Assembly: GCA_965644315.1 (NCBI GenBank)
Contig: CBFFRQ010000069.1
Location: 1,302,001 to 1,366,000, forward strand
Reading direction: 5' to 3'
Source of the DNA: Caecitellus pseudoparvulus
Lineage: Eukaryota > Protista > Bigyra: Bicosoecida
Length of the DNA: 64,000 bases
Shown here: positions 20,572 to 31,399 of the stretch, piece after piece
Layout: every line of letters starts with the position of its first letter
Position numbering within the stretch: the first letter of the stretch is position 1
Program-made: the position numbers and the translations under genes
Notes under the pieces: model-generated
What the model was told of the DNA's origin: nothing
The model's input: only the letters and a program-made list of their open reading frames with translations
Database searches by the model: none

Positions 20572-21900
20572 TCAGTCGGTGCTGAAGGTGAGGCTGCCAT
20601 CCGCGTTTGCTGTCACGAGGGAGCTGTGGGGTTGGGTCTCTGCTGGCGCAATGTCAGCAGGTTCAGTTCGGAGACAAGAAGCCTCCTGCTCAGCTCCACT
20701 CTGCAATGTGCTCGGAATGGACATCATCAGCATGGCGTCACCCTCGCCGCCCAGCGTGAGTGGCGCTTGCGGCACACTCTCTGACGCTGCTGCGCCAGCC
20801 TTCGCGGATGTGCCACTCTTCTTCGCAAGATACTCTGCTGCCAATGACCGCATGCCCTCGCTTGGTGAAACAGTCTGTGTCTCCGCACACGCCACTGCGT
20901 GTGTGAGAGCTGCAGGCGCCACAGCAATTGCGGCGGAGGAGACAGCGCCTCCACTGGCTGCCGCTGCATGACCAGCCCTTGGCCCGCTCGCTGTGGACAC
21001 CCCACGACAAGCCAGGCGAGGTGCAGATGACAGAGTTGCTGCAGCAGGCCCTCGGGTTTGGGAGCTGGGCTGAGGTGAACCTGAGCGCCAAGTAAGCCTG
21101 GCGCCAGCTGAGAGCAAGACGCTGACCAGCTTGTGGCCACGGGCACCATCGAGCGTGTCTGCAGCCTTCTTCACTCCAGCGGGAGGTGTGCATGGGTTTT
21201 TCCACGCCATAATGGGGTTCGGGGCCGACGGAGCAGCAGCAGCCACTGCCAGGGAAAGCGGCATCACGTCAGCGTTGGCCACAGAGTTCGGGTCAGCTCC
21301 CAGCTTGAGCAAGGCCGCTGTGAAGGGCACATCGTGCATGGCTACGGAACAGTGAAGCGGGGCAAAGCCGTTGCTCCCCACAGGGCGGTTGATGGAAAGG
21401 CCCAGCTTCATCAGCAGGCGAGTGCTGGCCTCTCGGGCAGCAGAAGACACTGTGCTGGCGCTGGCAACTTCTTGCAAGAGCCCACGACACGCCCGCTGGG
21501 TGTAGTCAAAGCCTTGAACAACCATATAGCGCATAAGCGTGGTGTGCCCCCGGCAAGCTGCCGCAGTGAACATGCGGATGGTGAAGTACGGCAGCAATTC
21601 CTGTGGCTTGGCCCGCCCGACAGTGCTCATTATCGGGCGCAGGCTCCCTTCCTCAGCATGTGACAGCAAGTCCTGCCCTTGCAACAGCAACTGCTTTGCA
21701 TAAGTTGGCTGCGTCGCCCGCATGCTTTCGAGCCACTGCATGTTTTCTTCAAATGTGCACGAAGTGGCGAATACGCCATGGTAGTCCACAGGCATGCCCA
21801 CTGCTGCGGCTAAGGCCTCGGGGGTGATGGTGGGGCACTCGTGACGAGAGCATGCACGAAGAGAAGTGCTGGGGAACAAGAAGTTGCCATGCAGTGCCAT
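20572..21900 (-). CDS. Ankyrin-repeat protein
   Basis: AAACRGHTTLMRYMV; NGFAPLHCSVAMHDVPFTAALLKLGADPN; VMPLSLA; LVSVLLSAGA. The 5' end is uncertain and extra upstream exons are possible. Confidence 0.7.
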   Translation of the reverse strand: MALHGNFLFPSTSLRACSRHECPTITPEALAAAVGMPVDYHGVFATSCTFEENMQWLESMRATQPTYAKQLLLQGQDLLSHAEEGSLRPIMSTVGRAKPQELLPYFTIRMFTAAACRGHTTLMRYMVVQGFDYTQRACRGLLQEVASASTVSSAAREASTRLLMKLGLSINRPVGSNGFAPLHCSVAMHDVPFTAALLKLGADPNSVANADVMPLSLAVAAAAPSAPNPIMAWKNPCTPPAGVKKAADTLDGARGHKLVSVLLSAGARLTWRSGSPQPSSQTRGPAAATLSSAPRLACRGVSTASGPRAGHAAAASGGAVSSAAIAVAPAALTHAVACAETQTVSPSEGMRSLAAEYLAKKSGTSAKAGAAASESVPQAPLTLGGEGDAMLMMSIPSTLQSGAEQEASCLRTEPADIAPAETQPHSSLVTANADGSLTFSTD

Positions 21901-22335
21901 ATCTGGCGCTCTTTATTCGGTGTCCCGTACAAGTGGTGGGTCGTCGTTTCAGGATGAAACGTCGGAGCCGCCCTCTACCCCCTGCGTCCCCATGCAAAGA
22001 GGCTGAGACAAGGGGTGTCAGTGAAAACCGATGTGGTGGCATGAGCCACCTGCGTGAATTGATGCCTCGGTGACAGGGCCCACAACCCCCCCTGCACGGC
22101 AGCGGGCCCTCAGCGCCCTCCCCTGCACAGTTGACGCGGCAGTGCCATTCCCCCCTCGTCAAAACTAATCAGCACAGTGAGGCAGGAACATTTCGTCTAC
22201 AGTCAGTCAGATCATTGTCTGGGAGCGCGACTCCTTGGCACCTTTGCGAGAACGGAGTGCTTCCTCCGCGGGTCATTCACTGCCCCTGCCAAATCCGCCG
22301 CGCACGACCGTGTGCGTTGCAGAGGCGCCGGAGAC

Positions 22336-23620
22336 ATGGCAGCAGCTGGAGGGCGGAGAAGGGCAAAACGAAGCGAGGTCAGCAAGCGGCTGAATCAGGC
22401 AAAGGTACGCGTGGGAGCCGGACTGGAGCTGAATGCTGCGTTGCGGAAACTCACTGCATCACCCGCTGCTGCAGAGCGAAGTTGCAGGCCTCAAGAAGGA
22501 GCTGGAGGCCCTGCACGCGGAAAACGACAATGTCTTACATGGTGTCTGGGCTTCACTTGGGACAGCAAGCAAGGGCTCTCAAGCCGTGACTTTCTCTTTG
22601 GCCCGGCGGCTTGCTGGGCACTTTGGCAAGGTGAAGGCTCTGCATTGGGGCAGCAGCAGCAAACTAGCTTCAGCTTCGCAGGACGGCAAGCTATTCGTCT
22701 GGGATGCAGCAAACGATGCCAGGACACTGTCCATTAAGTTGGAGTCCGCATGGGTCATGGCTTGCGCGATGGAGCGTTCCGAGCAGCGAATCATTGCCTG
22801 CGGAGGTCTGGACAACACGTGCAGTCTGTACGACTGTGAAGTCACAGCTCCCACCATAAGCAAACCATCTGCCGAGTTCACGGGGCACGAAGGGTACCTG
22901 TCCAAAGTCACATTCATCGACAAGCACCACATTTTGACTGCTTCTGGGGACTCGACATGCTGTATCTGGGATGCTTCCTCTGGCCAGCGCCTGCACAAAT
23001 TCGAAGACCATGCCGCAGATGTCGCAAGGTGAGAAAGCGCGCCCAGGCCCGCTTTATGCCCAGCCCTGTTCATGGTATGCTTCGCCTCCTCTTGCAGTGT
23101 GGACCTGCAGCCAGGCAACACGAATGTGTTTGCCAGCGGGTCGTGTGATGGCACAGTGCGAGTGTGGGACGTGCGGACGGGGAGGTGCACGCACTGCTTC
23201 CTGGGGCATGACTCCGATGTCAACGATGTAGCCTTCTTCCCAAGCGGCCACGTCGTCTGCTCTGGGTCTGATGACTCTACGTGCAGGATGTTTGACATGC
23301 GGGCCCGCTGCACAATCAACCTGCTTTCGCACGAGGCCAAGACTGGTTCCATCGTGTCTTCCATCGGCGTGTCCCATTCAGGAGCATTCCTTATCGCCGG
23401 CTACGAAGATTGCACTGCATGTGCATGGGATGTGACGTCAAAGGACATGCGCTTCCACCAGTTGGGTAGTGGCCGGGATACAGGAGGGCATCGTGGCCAG
23501 GCAGGCCATACAGGCCGGGTGGAGTGTCTCGGCGTGAGCACTGACGGCCAAGCCATCGCCACAGGCGGCTGGGACAACATGGTCCTCGTCTGGAGCGGCG
23601 CGAAGAGCTCCGGCAAGTGA
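22336..23620 (+). CDS. GNB: Heterotrimeric G-protein beta subunit, about 381 aa
   Basis: N-terminal coiled coil; RRLAGHFGKVKALHW, SASQDGKLFVWD, SAWVMACA, ACGGLDNTCSLY, GHEGYLS, TASGDSTCCIWD, GHDSDVN, GSDDSTCRMFDMRA, TGGWD. Introns 22405-22474 and 23029-23097. Confidence 0.93.
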
Positions 23621-23644
23621 GGATGCTCCACAATTCACTGACGA

Positions 23645-26600
23645 TCAAATGACTCCAGCCTCGGACAGGAGGGTGCTGGGTGGGGCTGTCTGCTCTGGCG
23701 TAGCCCTTGACAAGGCATCCGACACAGTGCGTGGTGGTGGAAGGCCGACTCGCATGATAGACTGCACAAGCTCCCTTGCAGAGGGCCCAGACTGAGCAGG
23801 CTGCTGATCATGACCAATGCTGCCTACGTCAGGCATATCAGCACCCTGCTCAGCAACTGAGCTGCCCACTTCAGTGGCTTGCAGGAAAACAGGCCTTCCA
23901 GGCACTTCAGCACTGCCAGTGAAGCGTCGATGATGTTCGGAGCCACTGGAACGCGCCGGCGGCCTTCGAACCCTCACAGGTGGGAGCCGCCGTGAATGGC
24001 TAGAGCTGCTCTCTCTCATGCTTGTGTGCAGCTCTTGTGTGGAAGAGAGCGGTGGGGCTGAGGGGTTGTCTGGGTGTTGCTGCCCTTCGTGGAGAGGACT
24101 CCTCACAGGCACACCTTGCACCACAAGGTCGCTTTCAAGCGAGGCGGCCGCCTGCCGCTGTCTAGCCATGGCGATGCCCCGTTGGCTTGGTGGGAGAGAG
24201 GCTACTTCAACAGTTTGGCTCTTGGAGGCACTGCGCATGGCCGGTGTTGATACTTGTGCGCTGGGCTTCAGGTTGCTCTCAGCAGCGCCAGCAACGCCAC
24301 GACCACCATCTGGTGCGGAGTGAGCACGGGCCACGTGGGACTGCTCCACTGCTTCGGCTCTGGCATCTCCCCGGAAACTCGAGGCCTCTGCGGTCCCAAC
24401 AAATGAAGCCGAATCTGCGTGGATCAACTGAGCAACAGGGTGATCAGCGCTGTCTACGAAGCGGCAGGCTATTTCCAGACGCAGAAGTGGCGACAAATAA
24501 ACTCGGCACAGCAGACCTGAATGCGGATGTTCCAGCTGCGCATGGACAGCTGGGAGTGCTGGCTGAAGTGCCGCATCTGAGCTGCACGTCACCATGGATG
24601 CGAGGAGGGTGCTGTCGCCACTAGCAGCACGTAGCATATCGGACAGGATGCCCTTGAGGAGAGCATGCAGCGAAGACCGCCCATGCAATTTGTCCTTGGC
24701 TTGCTCCCAAGCCGCGTTCACCGCAGCTTTAGTGCTTGGCGTCGCCCGGAAGCCAGGCCCCAGGAGTTGCACTCCGCCTTGGCCAGGGCGGTCGGCGGCG
24801 GCGTGGGAGTGAGCCAGATCACGACCCGCAGCGGCACCCGAGGTCGGTCTTAACGGAAGACCACCCCATGGACTTCGCTGCTGCATGGGGGTCAGCACAT
24901 TGCATGGACTGGATGTAGGGTCCAGACCGCCTTGGCCCACCCGTGGCGTCAGCGTGGGTGGCTGGGGCCCTGACAGGCTTCCGACAGAGGAGCTGTCCCC
25001 CGCCAAAGTTCCACGCGGATTTGGCCTAAATACAGGAGTTTCCGTGCTTTCCGGCATGGAGTGCTCTGCAAGTGGGCCAGGGGAGCCCCGAGAGGCACTG
25101 GCAGGCGCGGAGGGCGGCCGAGAGCCGGGGGAGCGCTCCCATGCTGGTGGACTCTCCGCACCTGAGAGTGACTCGCCGTCACCACGGGCAGCTGCGTCTG
25201 CTCGGCTTTGATTGCGCACTGCTAAGCGCTCACCTTGCTCGGGCACGGGGCGCTCTCTAAGCTGCTGTGTCAGGTGAGCCACCCGGCCTTCCAGCTGCTT
25301 CACTCTTATGGCCAGGGCCCGACGCTGAGCCAAGACGTCACGGGGCACTGGCGTGCTCTGAGGCCGGGAGGGAGATGCAGGCTCCCACAGTGCTTCTGGA
25401 AAGGCGTCAGGACATGCACCACTCTCATCCGACCAAGGCGACCCTGTCTCCTGGCCCCGGGCGGGCGGGAAGTGAACACGACGTTGGGGAGTGACGGGGG
25501 CCGGCGGAACAGCCGCCCCCCCGTCTTCAATCTGATCTGGGCTAGCCACTGCCGGGTCTCCTTGAGAAGTACGGTGCTTTTGAGGCGTTTCTGGAGCACC
25601 CGGGCTATGAAGCAGGGTTTCTTCACATTGTCCCGTGCTGGTGGCATGCGTTTCAGGCAGCGTTCCCGTCAGATGGCCAGGAAGAGCAGGCAGGCTTCCC
25701 CCCTGCCCCAGCGCACGCTGTTCATCGTAAGCTGAATCTGTGCCCACAGCAACTGAGGTTGTTTGAGGTGGAATGTATGGACGTGCTGCCAGACCCTGGT
25801 CTTGACCTCGCCTGGGGTGCCGACGCATTGAAACGCTCCGACTGCGCCCCCCTCGGTTCAGCGACGGCGGGCCCGCCGCAGCCAAAACTCGCCCAGGCAA
25901 GCGCCAAGACTGGGTGATTTCTCGAGCTTCCTGTGGCGGAGCGAGGTGCCCACCAGACTGCTCTTCTAGCGCATCTCGCAAGTCCCAAGCCGCACTTCGA
26001 AGCCGAGCATTCTCCATCCTACAATCTGCAAGTTCTTTCCGACATTGCTGCAGCTGCAGCTGCACGGAATCACTGACTGCTGGAGGAACGATCGAGGCAG
26101 CTGCAGGCTGCGCAGAAGAGCGTCGCTGGACTACGGTGGAAACCGGCTCAGTCTCTTCATGTCTCGCACGTGCGCTACTCGCAGGGTGGGCATTAGAGGG
26201 CGGTGTCCTATCCGGCGTCGGGGGCATATAGTCTGATTCTTGTGTGGTGATTTTGGCCGTGACATCACGTGGGCTCCACTGCGTGGCACAGTCGGCAGTT
26301 GGAGCCACACTCCCAGTGGCTGCTTGCCCCTTCGGTGTCCTACGCTTGCGTGTCCGCCGGCTCCGCCGCTTTGGGGATGCAGCTTCTACCTCTGACTGCG
26401 CCCGTTCGGCACCCTGCTGCCGAGGAGAGGAGCATCGTGAGCTGTCGCCATCGTAGTCTACCTGTGCCGGTTTTCCTTCAACAGGCTCAAGGGGACGGAC
26501 CGCAGAGGTTTCTGGTCCCTCAACAGCAGCCGTGGAAGCAGTGCAGTGCACTTCGACCACCTGGTGAACTGGGCTTGCACAAGAGTCTCCTCCTGACTCG

Positions 26601-29600
26601 ACGGACTGCCCTTGTACCAGGCTGAGCGAGGACGCAGCCGGCAGACTTACCCCATCTGTCGTCAAGGGCGCCGCCCGCTGCTCAACTCGAGGTCCGTCCG
26701 CCCCCTCCTTCGTTGTTGGAACGCTCAAAGCTGCCCCCCTAGGGCCTTGCACGTGCTCTGTGTCAGGCCCGCTATCGTATCTTGCAGCTGGCGCAGGGGG
26801 TGACGTCAGACCCTCATCGTGAGCCTGGCTTGGCGCTGACATGCCGGCCTTGGCCTGAATGGCTTTCTGGCGGCTTCGACGCTTGCTCGCATGTGACCCT
26901 AAGTCACGCTCAGTCAAGTCGTACTGGCGCATGAGGAAGCTCACGTCAATGCCCATGCTCGCCGCTCTGCGCGCCAGGGAGACCAAACGAGCTTCGTCAA
27001 TCCCTGCCTTGCGCTCCAAGGCCAAGAACCTCTCTTGCAGGTTGGAATGCAACGAGCGCTCTTCTTGCAACTCCTGTTGGGCCAGAGCTAGACGCTCGCT
27101 GCACTCAGCAGCCAAACCGGTGGCTTCGTCTGCTTCAGCCATGGCTTTCAGCTGCTCGGCTTGAGCCTGGGCCGCTGCCCATTGTGCATCCATCTGCACA
27201 CGCCGAAGAAGCTCTTGGACGCGGGCAAGCTGCTCTTGAGCCGTTGCAGCGCTTCGCTGCGCGGCAGCGCGCGCTCTGAGCTGTGCGGGGTCCACCTTCA
27301 ACGCTTCCACACGCTCTTCCGGAGACAGGGAAGCCATCGCTGCTGAAGACAGCATGTGCAAGCGCTCTTTCATCGTGGAGGCTTCTGCCGTCGCCGCATC
27401 TCGTTCCCACTCGACTTGCTGAGTGGCCTTGCGCTGAGAGAGCACTTCGGCCGTGAGAGCACTGACTTTGTCCCGGTACTGCTCCAAGAGCTGAATGACC
27501 CACTTGTCTCGGTGCACTCTCGCCTGCGAAAACGTCAGGGCTTTTCTGACAGCGCTGGTCAAGCTTCCTTGCTCGTCGGCAGCAGGTACCTCAAAGCGGC
27601 GCTCCTCATCAGCTGCTGCCTCAGCACGAGCGAGTTCCCGCTGCGTGGGTTCGGCGTCTAGGTCCATTTCTTTTACCATTGCGCGGGCATCATCCAACGG
27701 AAACGCCTTCGCGGCGTGGGCAGGCTCCATGCCACCATGCTGCACCAGGGCTTGACCTGTTGCAGAATGCAGCAAGCGCGCGAGGCGCTCTTGCCTGCCT
27801 TGAAGTGCTTCGTACAGCGACCCAATTCGTCGGTGCAGCTCATCAAACTTGAGGTCTGCCGTGAGCTTGTGAATATTCATCTCCTGAGCTGTAAGCTGCG
27901 CCTCAGCACGCGCTTTGCCAGCTTCTGTGGCTGCTTGCTCGGCAGCTTGCTCGCTGTCTGCGACACGCTGCCTCGTCTTGGACAACTCAGAGTCAAGGTG
28001 AGCCACCCGCAAATCAGCCGCTTGAAGCTCTTCAAGGATTTCCCGCCGAGTACGATCCGCCCGAACTTGCCTGTGGCGAAACACAGTCTCACTTGCGTGA
28101 GCTGCACCTAGCTTGGTGCGCAGCTCCACCACTTGCTGCAATGAGGAGTCTAGCCGCTCTTCAGCCTCTTCAAGGCGACGGGACGCGCGGCTAGCGGCCA
28201 TATCAGCTGCACTCTGCCTCGCCTCTGCTTCAAGTACTGCTTCCCGCAGCTTCTCACGCTCTGCACTCATGGCTTCCACCTGGATGGTCTTCGTGCGAAG
28301 CGAACTCCGCATCTCCTGCACTTCCTGCCGTAGCAAAGCGACGGTTTCCGAGTCTTTGGCCCTGGATATTTCAACTGCTTGCTTTGCCACAGCAGCTTGC
28401 AGCCGCTGAACGACTCCCCGGACCTTTGACGTCGAAGTGCTCAAGGCTTTCCCAGACCCTGCCAGCAGCGCCCTTGCAGCAGCAGCGTGCTCCGCTTGTG
28501 AGCGGATACGGGCCTCGACGGCGCCCTCCGATTCAACTGACGACGTGGAAGAGACGTCTGAGTCAGTCACACTTGCATCACTGGGCTCCTCTTCAAGGAC
28601 ACTACCTGGTGAGAAGGTGGCCCAGCTGGAGGCGGCTGCACCTTGCGGAGTTCGCTTGGGGCTGGAAGCCTCTGGCAGGACATGGCGGAACCAAGTGTGC
28701 AGAGTGGTCAGCTGGGCACTTTGAGCCGGAGATTGAGGCAGCTGGGATGTTCGCTTTGAAGAAGGCGACACACCACCTGACTGTGGTGCGGGTGAGCTTG
28801 CCGGGCGAGGCTGCGGCTGAGACCTGCTCTCCTGGGCTGCAAGCAGGTCCTTGAAGGAGTGCAGGCGTCGGCTGAGTGCAGAATGCCGCCCTATAGTGGT
28901 CTCTGAAGAGGCAGCTTCTACTATCTCTTCAGCTGCCGTGCTTTCCCCAGGCACGGCAGCGGCGCCTGCTGCGGGTGAAGCCAGCCTCCGCGAGCTCTTG
29001 CGTTGCATGCGCCGCATGCGGGAAGCAATGCTCCGGAGCTCCTTGTTCCGGGCATCCCTCCGCACCTTGCTTTCTGCAAGAGCTTCATCTAGAGATGCGA
29101 GGTGTGCTGCGAGCAGAGCTGGTGTCACCTCTGTGGTGAGCTGGTCTGCCTGCTTCGCGGGGCCGCACTCGACCTCGACGCCTGTCATGGCCTGAAGCTC
29201 TTTCCACTCGGCCTCATCCTTGCACTGCATAGTCCGAGGCGCGCCGACACTCGCAGCAGCTGCTTGTGCGCGAGAGACCAATGCCTGGAGTTGGCTGTGC
29301 ACCTCAAAAGCTCGAGCATGCGAGGCTTGCCGCAGAGAATGTAAGCTGATCTTCATACCTGGAAGATCCAGCTCGGGTGAAGCAGCTGCTGGGCGATCCA
29401 CACTTGTATCCACGCTACCCGCATCCTCATTTGAGCTGGAAGTGATTGACGTTCGACTTGTGTGTCGTGTGCTGCCAGGGGGCGAGCTCACCGGCGCTGA
29501 TGACGCCGGCGAGCGCACCAGGGAGCCCCGTGGTGCTTGCGAGGGGCTCGCCACGGCAGGCAGCGAGGGAAGTGCGTGCCGCACCCAAGTGGGGGAAGGG

Positions 29601-29821
29601 GAGGGTGTACTAAGAGGAAGCTCAGACAAGATGCTGACATCCTTAGCTCGGTTGCTGGGCGAACGGGAGCGTTGGTCGCCCTCCACCCGAGCGGTCGCTG
29701 CGATAATCACAGGTGCTGGACGGGGTTTTCGCCTCCTGCGAGGGTTCGGAGAAAGCAGCGCCGCAGCATGCGGTCCGAGCTGAGAAAAAGGCGACTTTGA
29801 ACCCCTCGAGTCTGCTTGCAT
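23645..29821 (-). CDS. Very large hypothetical coiled-coil and low-complexity protein, 2058 aa
   Basis: 6.2-kb stop-free ORF with long Glu/Arg/Ala heptad-like segments and Ser/Pro-rich disordered regions. No catalytic motif recognised. Confidence 0.75.
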   Translation of the reverse strand: MQADSRGSKSPFSQLGPHAAALLSPNPRRRRKPRPAPVIIAATARVEGDQRSRSPSNRAKDVSILSELPLSTPSPSPTWVRHALPSLPAVASPSQAPRGSLVRSPASSAPVSSPPGSTRHTSRTSITSSSNEDAGSVDTSVDRPAAASPELDLPGMKISLHSLRQASHARAFEVHSQLQALVSRAQAAAASVGAPRTMQCKDEAEWKELQAMTGVEVECGPAKQADQLTTEVTPALLAAHLASLDEALAESKVRRDARNKELRSIASRMRRMQRKSSRRLASPAAGAAAVPGESTAAEEIVEAASSETTIGRHSALSRRLHSFKDLLAAQESRSQPQPRPASSPAPQSGGVSPSSKRTSQLPQSPAQSAQLTTLHTWFRHVLPEASSPKRTPQGAAASSWATFSPGSVLEEEPSDASVTDSDVSSTSSVESEGAVEARIRSQAEHAAAARALLAGSGKALSTSTSKVRGVVQRLQAAVAKQAVEISRAKDSETVALLRQEVQEMRSSLRTKTIQVEAMSAEREKLREAVLEAEARQSAADMAASRASRRLEEAEERLDSSLQQVVELRTKLGAAHASETVFRHRQVRADRTRREILEELQAADLRVAHLDSELSKTRQRVADSEQAAEQAATEAGKARAEAQLTAQEMNIHKLTADLKFDELHRRIGSLYEALQGRQERLARLLHSATGQALVQHGGMEPAHAAKAFPLDDARAMVKEMDLDAEPTQRELARAEAAADEERRFEVPAADEQGSLTSAVRKALTFSQARVHRDKWVIQLLEQYRDKVSALTAEVLSQRKATQQVEWERDAATAEASTMKERLHMLSSAAMASLSPEERVEALKVDPAQLRARAAAQRSAATAQEQLARVQELLRRVQMDAQWAAAQAQAEQLKAMAEADEATGLAAECSERLALAQQELQEERSLHSNLQERFLALERKAGIDEARLVSLARRAASMGIDVSFLMRQYDLTERDLGSHASKRRSRQKAIQAKAGMSAPSQAHDEGLTSPPAPAARYDSGPDTEHVQGPRGAALSVPTTKEGADGPRVEQRAAPLTTDGVSLPAASSLSLVQGQSVESGGDSCASPVHQVVEVHCTASTAAVEGPETSAVRPLEPVEGKPAQVDYDGDSSRCSSPRQQGAERAQSEVEAASPKRRSRRTRKRRTPKGQAATGSVAPTADCATQWSPRDVTAKITTQESDYMPPTPDRTPPSNAHPASSARARHEETEPVSTVVQRRSSAQPAAASIVPPAVSDSVQLQLQQCRKELADCRMENARLRSAAWDLRDALEEQSGGHLAPPQEAREITQSWRLPGRVLAAAGPPSLNRGGRSRSVSMRRHPRRGQDQGLAARPYIPPQTTSVAVGTDSAYDEQRALGQGGSLPALPGHLTGTLPETHATSTGQCEETLLHSPGAPETPQKHRTSQGDPAVASPDQIEDGGAAVPPAPVTPQRRVHFPPARGQETGSPWSDESGACPDAFPEALWEPASPSRPQSTPVPRDVLAQRRALAIRVKQLEGRVAHLTQQLRERPVPEQGERLAVRNQSRADAAARGDGESLSGAESPPAWERSPGSRPPSAPASASRGSPGPLAEHSMPESTETPVFRPNPRGTLAGDSSSVGSLSGPQPPTLTPRVGQGGLDPTSSPCNVLTPMQQRSPWGGLPLRPTSGAAAGRDLAHSHAAADRPGQGGVQLLGPGFRATPSTKAAVNAAWEQAKDKLHGRSSLHALLKGILSDMLRAASGDSTLLASMVTCSSDAALQPALPAVHAQLEHPHSGLLCRVYLSPLLRLEIACRFVDSADHPVAQLIHADSASFVGTAEASSFRGDARAEAVEQSHVARAHSAPDGGRGVAGAAESNLKPSAQVSTPAMRSASKSQTVEVASLPPSQRGIAMARQRQAAASLESDLVVQGVPVRSPLHEGQQHPDNPSAPPLSSTQELHTSMRESSSSHSRRLPPVRVRRPPARSSGSEHHRRFTGSAEVPGRPVFLQATEVGSSVAEQGADMPDVGSIGHDQQPAQSGPSARELVQSIMRVGLPPPRTVSDALSRATPEQTAPPSTLLSEAGVI

Positions 29822-30085
29822 GCCTGTTGGAGCCGCCAGTGCAGGGCCAGCACAAAGAGTTGCTGGTCAGCAGGTGTTTGCGGGCGCCGGCTCTGGCAGC
29901 GACGCGAAAAGGAATAGGGAGTCGCCTTGACTGATCCTTTACACACCTAAACATTCCGCAGATTGAGAGATTTGTTCGGTGCCGCGCTGCCCTCGGCAGT
30001 CGCGGCTCCCCGAGCGGTTGACCGTGTCACCTGCGTGCGAGCTCACAACATCTGTCCAGCAGTACGAGAGTGGCGGTGCATTGAT

Positions 30086-31017
30086 TTAAAAGCGGTCCTT
30101 TCGCTTTCTGCCAGTGTACTTGCTGTCTTTGCGCACGTCTTTGCCTTGGCGGCGCTGGCGTTCCTTCTTCGCTTTGATCCACGCCTTGCTCTTGACACCT
30201 TCAGAGCGGTCCTTTGCTTTGCCCCCGCGTTTGCGCTGCACGACATGGACCGAGCCGTCTGCTGCCATGGCAGTGGATGCCGCGCCCAGGCCTTTAGGCA
30301 CAGCCACCGCAGCTGGGTCCACCCCCGCGAAAAGGCAGAGGAAGTACTTCTTCGCTTTCGTGGAGTTGGGGAAATCCACCACCAGGCCTCCTCCAAAGCC
30401 GCACCGCAAAGCCGTGGAAGTGATGAGCTCCAGCTGCTCAGGAGTCTCCGGGTACAGCTGCAGTGCTGCCCTGGCACCCCGCTTGAGGGCACGGTACAGC
30501 GAGGTAAAGAACGCGAACAAGCGCCGGACTGCAACGTGCTCCTTCTTCATGCTGTAGCACAGCCACTGGATGGCGGAGACGCTGATGGCACCGTCAAAAG
30601 CGCCTGGGCGAAAGCCAAAGCCCTGGCCGATGTCGGACACCATGGTGTCGCCCGCCACGCCCCGTTCCAAGCCCACCTGGAGCATGTCCTTCGACAAGTC
30701 CACGCCGGTCCAAACGTGTCCCGCTTCGGTGAGGACATCTGCATATAAACCACAAGTGAGAAGGGGGGCTGTTGGGGTGCATGGCAGCTGATGACGGGCG
30801 CACACATACCTCCACTCAGTCCCGACCCGCACCCAATGTCCAGCAGGAAAGCAGGCTGTTTTTCGGGCAAGGCCAGTAGCTCAAGGCATCGGTGGGCCAT
30901 GGACGTCTGGATGAGGGTCACACGACTGTTCCCGGTGTACTTCCGTGATTCTGTCTCATCGTAGAACTTGTCTGCAGAGGTGACGTGCTCAGGGCGAGAG
31001 ACAGACGAAGCAGCCAT
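30086..31017 (-). CDS. BUD23: 18S rRNA guanine-N7 methyltransferase BUD23/WBSCR22, about 286 aa
   Basis: [78 protein letters not shown]. Intron 30739-30809. Confidence 0.97.
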
Positions 31018-31019
31018 GC

Positions 31020-31028
31020 TGCGGAAAT
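31020..31028 (-). promoter_or_regulatory. ATTTCCGCA element, 2 bp upstream of the BUD23 ATG
   Basis: CAATTTCCGCAGCATG on the minus strand. Confidence 0.6.
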
Positions 31029-31399
31029 TGACTGCGTTGCCAAAGGCCGCAAGCCAGCTCAGACGGACAGCAGGATTCAGCCGCGCAAGAAATCGCTGAG
31101 CGAAAGTGTTCTATGCATGGTGCAGTGTACACCTCGCGTGCACGCAAATGGCGTTGCGGCAAGGCGGGTGATATGTATTGTCTCTGGGCAAACCTGTGTG
31201 TGCATGGTCTGAGAGTACGGTCGTGACGCAGAGGCGAGGACAGCACAAAAAGCCTCAGCCTTCCAGCTTCAGCGAGAGTGATTGAAGGCTTCCAGCATCG
31301 CTTGCGAGTGTGGGGCGTTGTTTCCTTGCGCTGCGCCCTGACCTTTGCACTGCCAGCACCAGCCCGCTGTACGGTGCAGCCTGAGCTTGAAGCAGAGCA

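Noticed and set aside
31016-31030. ATTTCCGCAG as a spliced-leader trans-splice acceptor
   Set aside because: Among the sense copies only BUD23 has CAG after the pyrimidines; most lack AG, and two copies are in reverse orientation.
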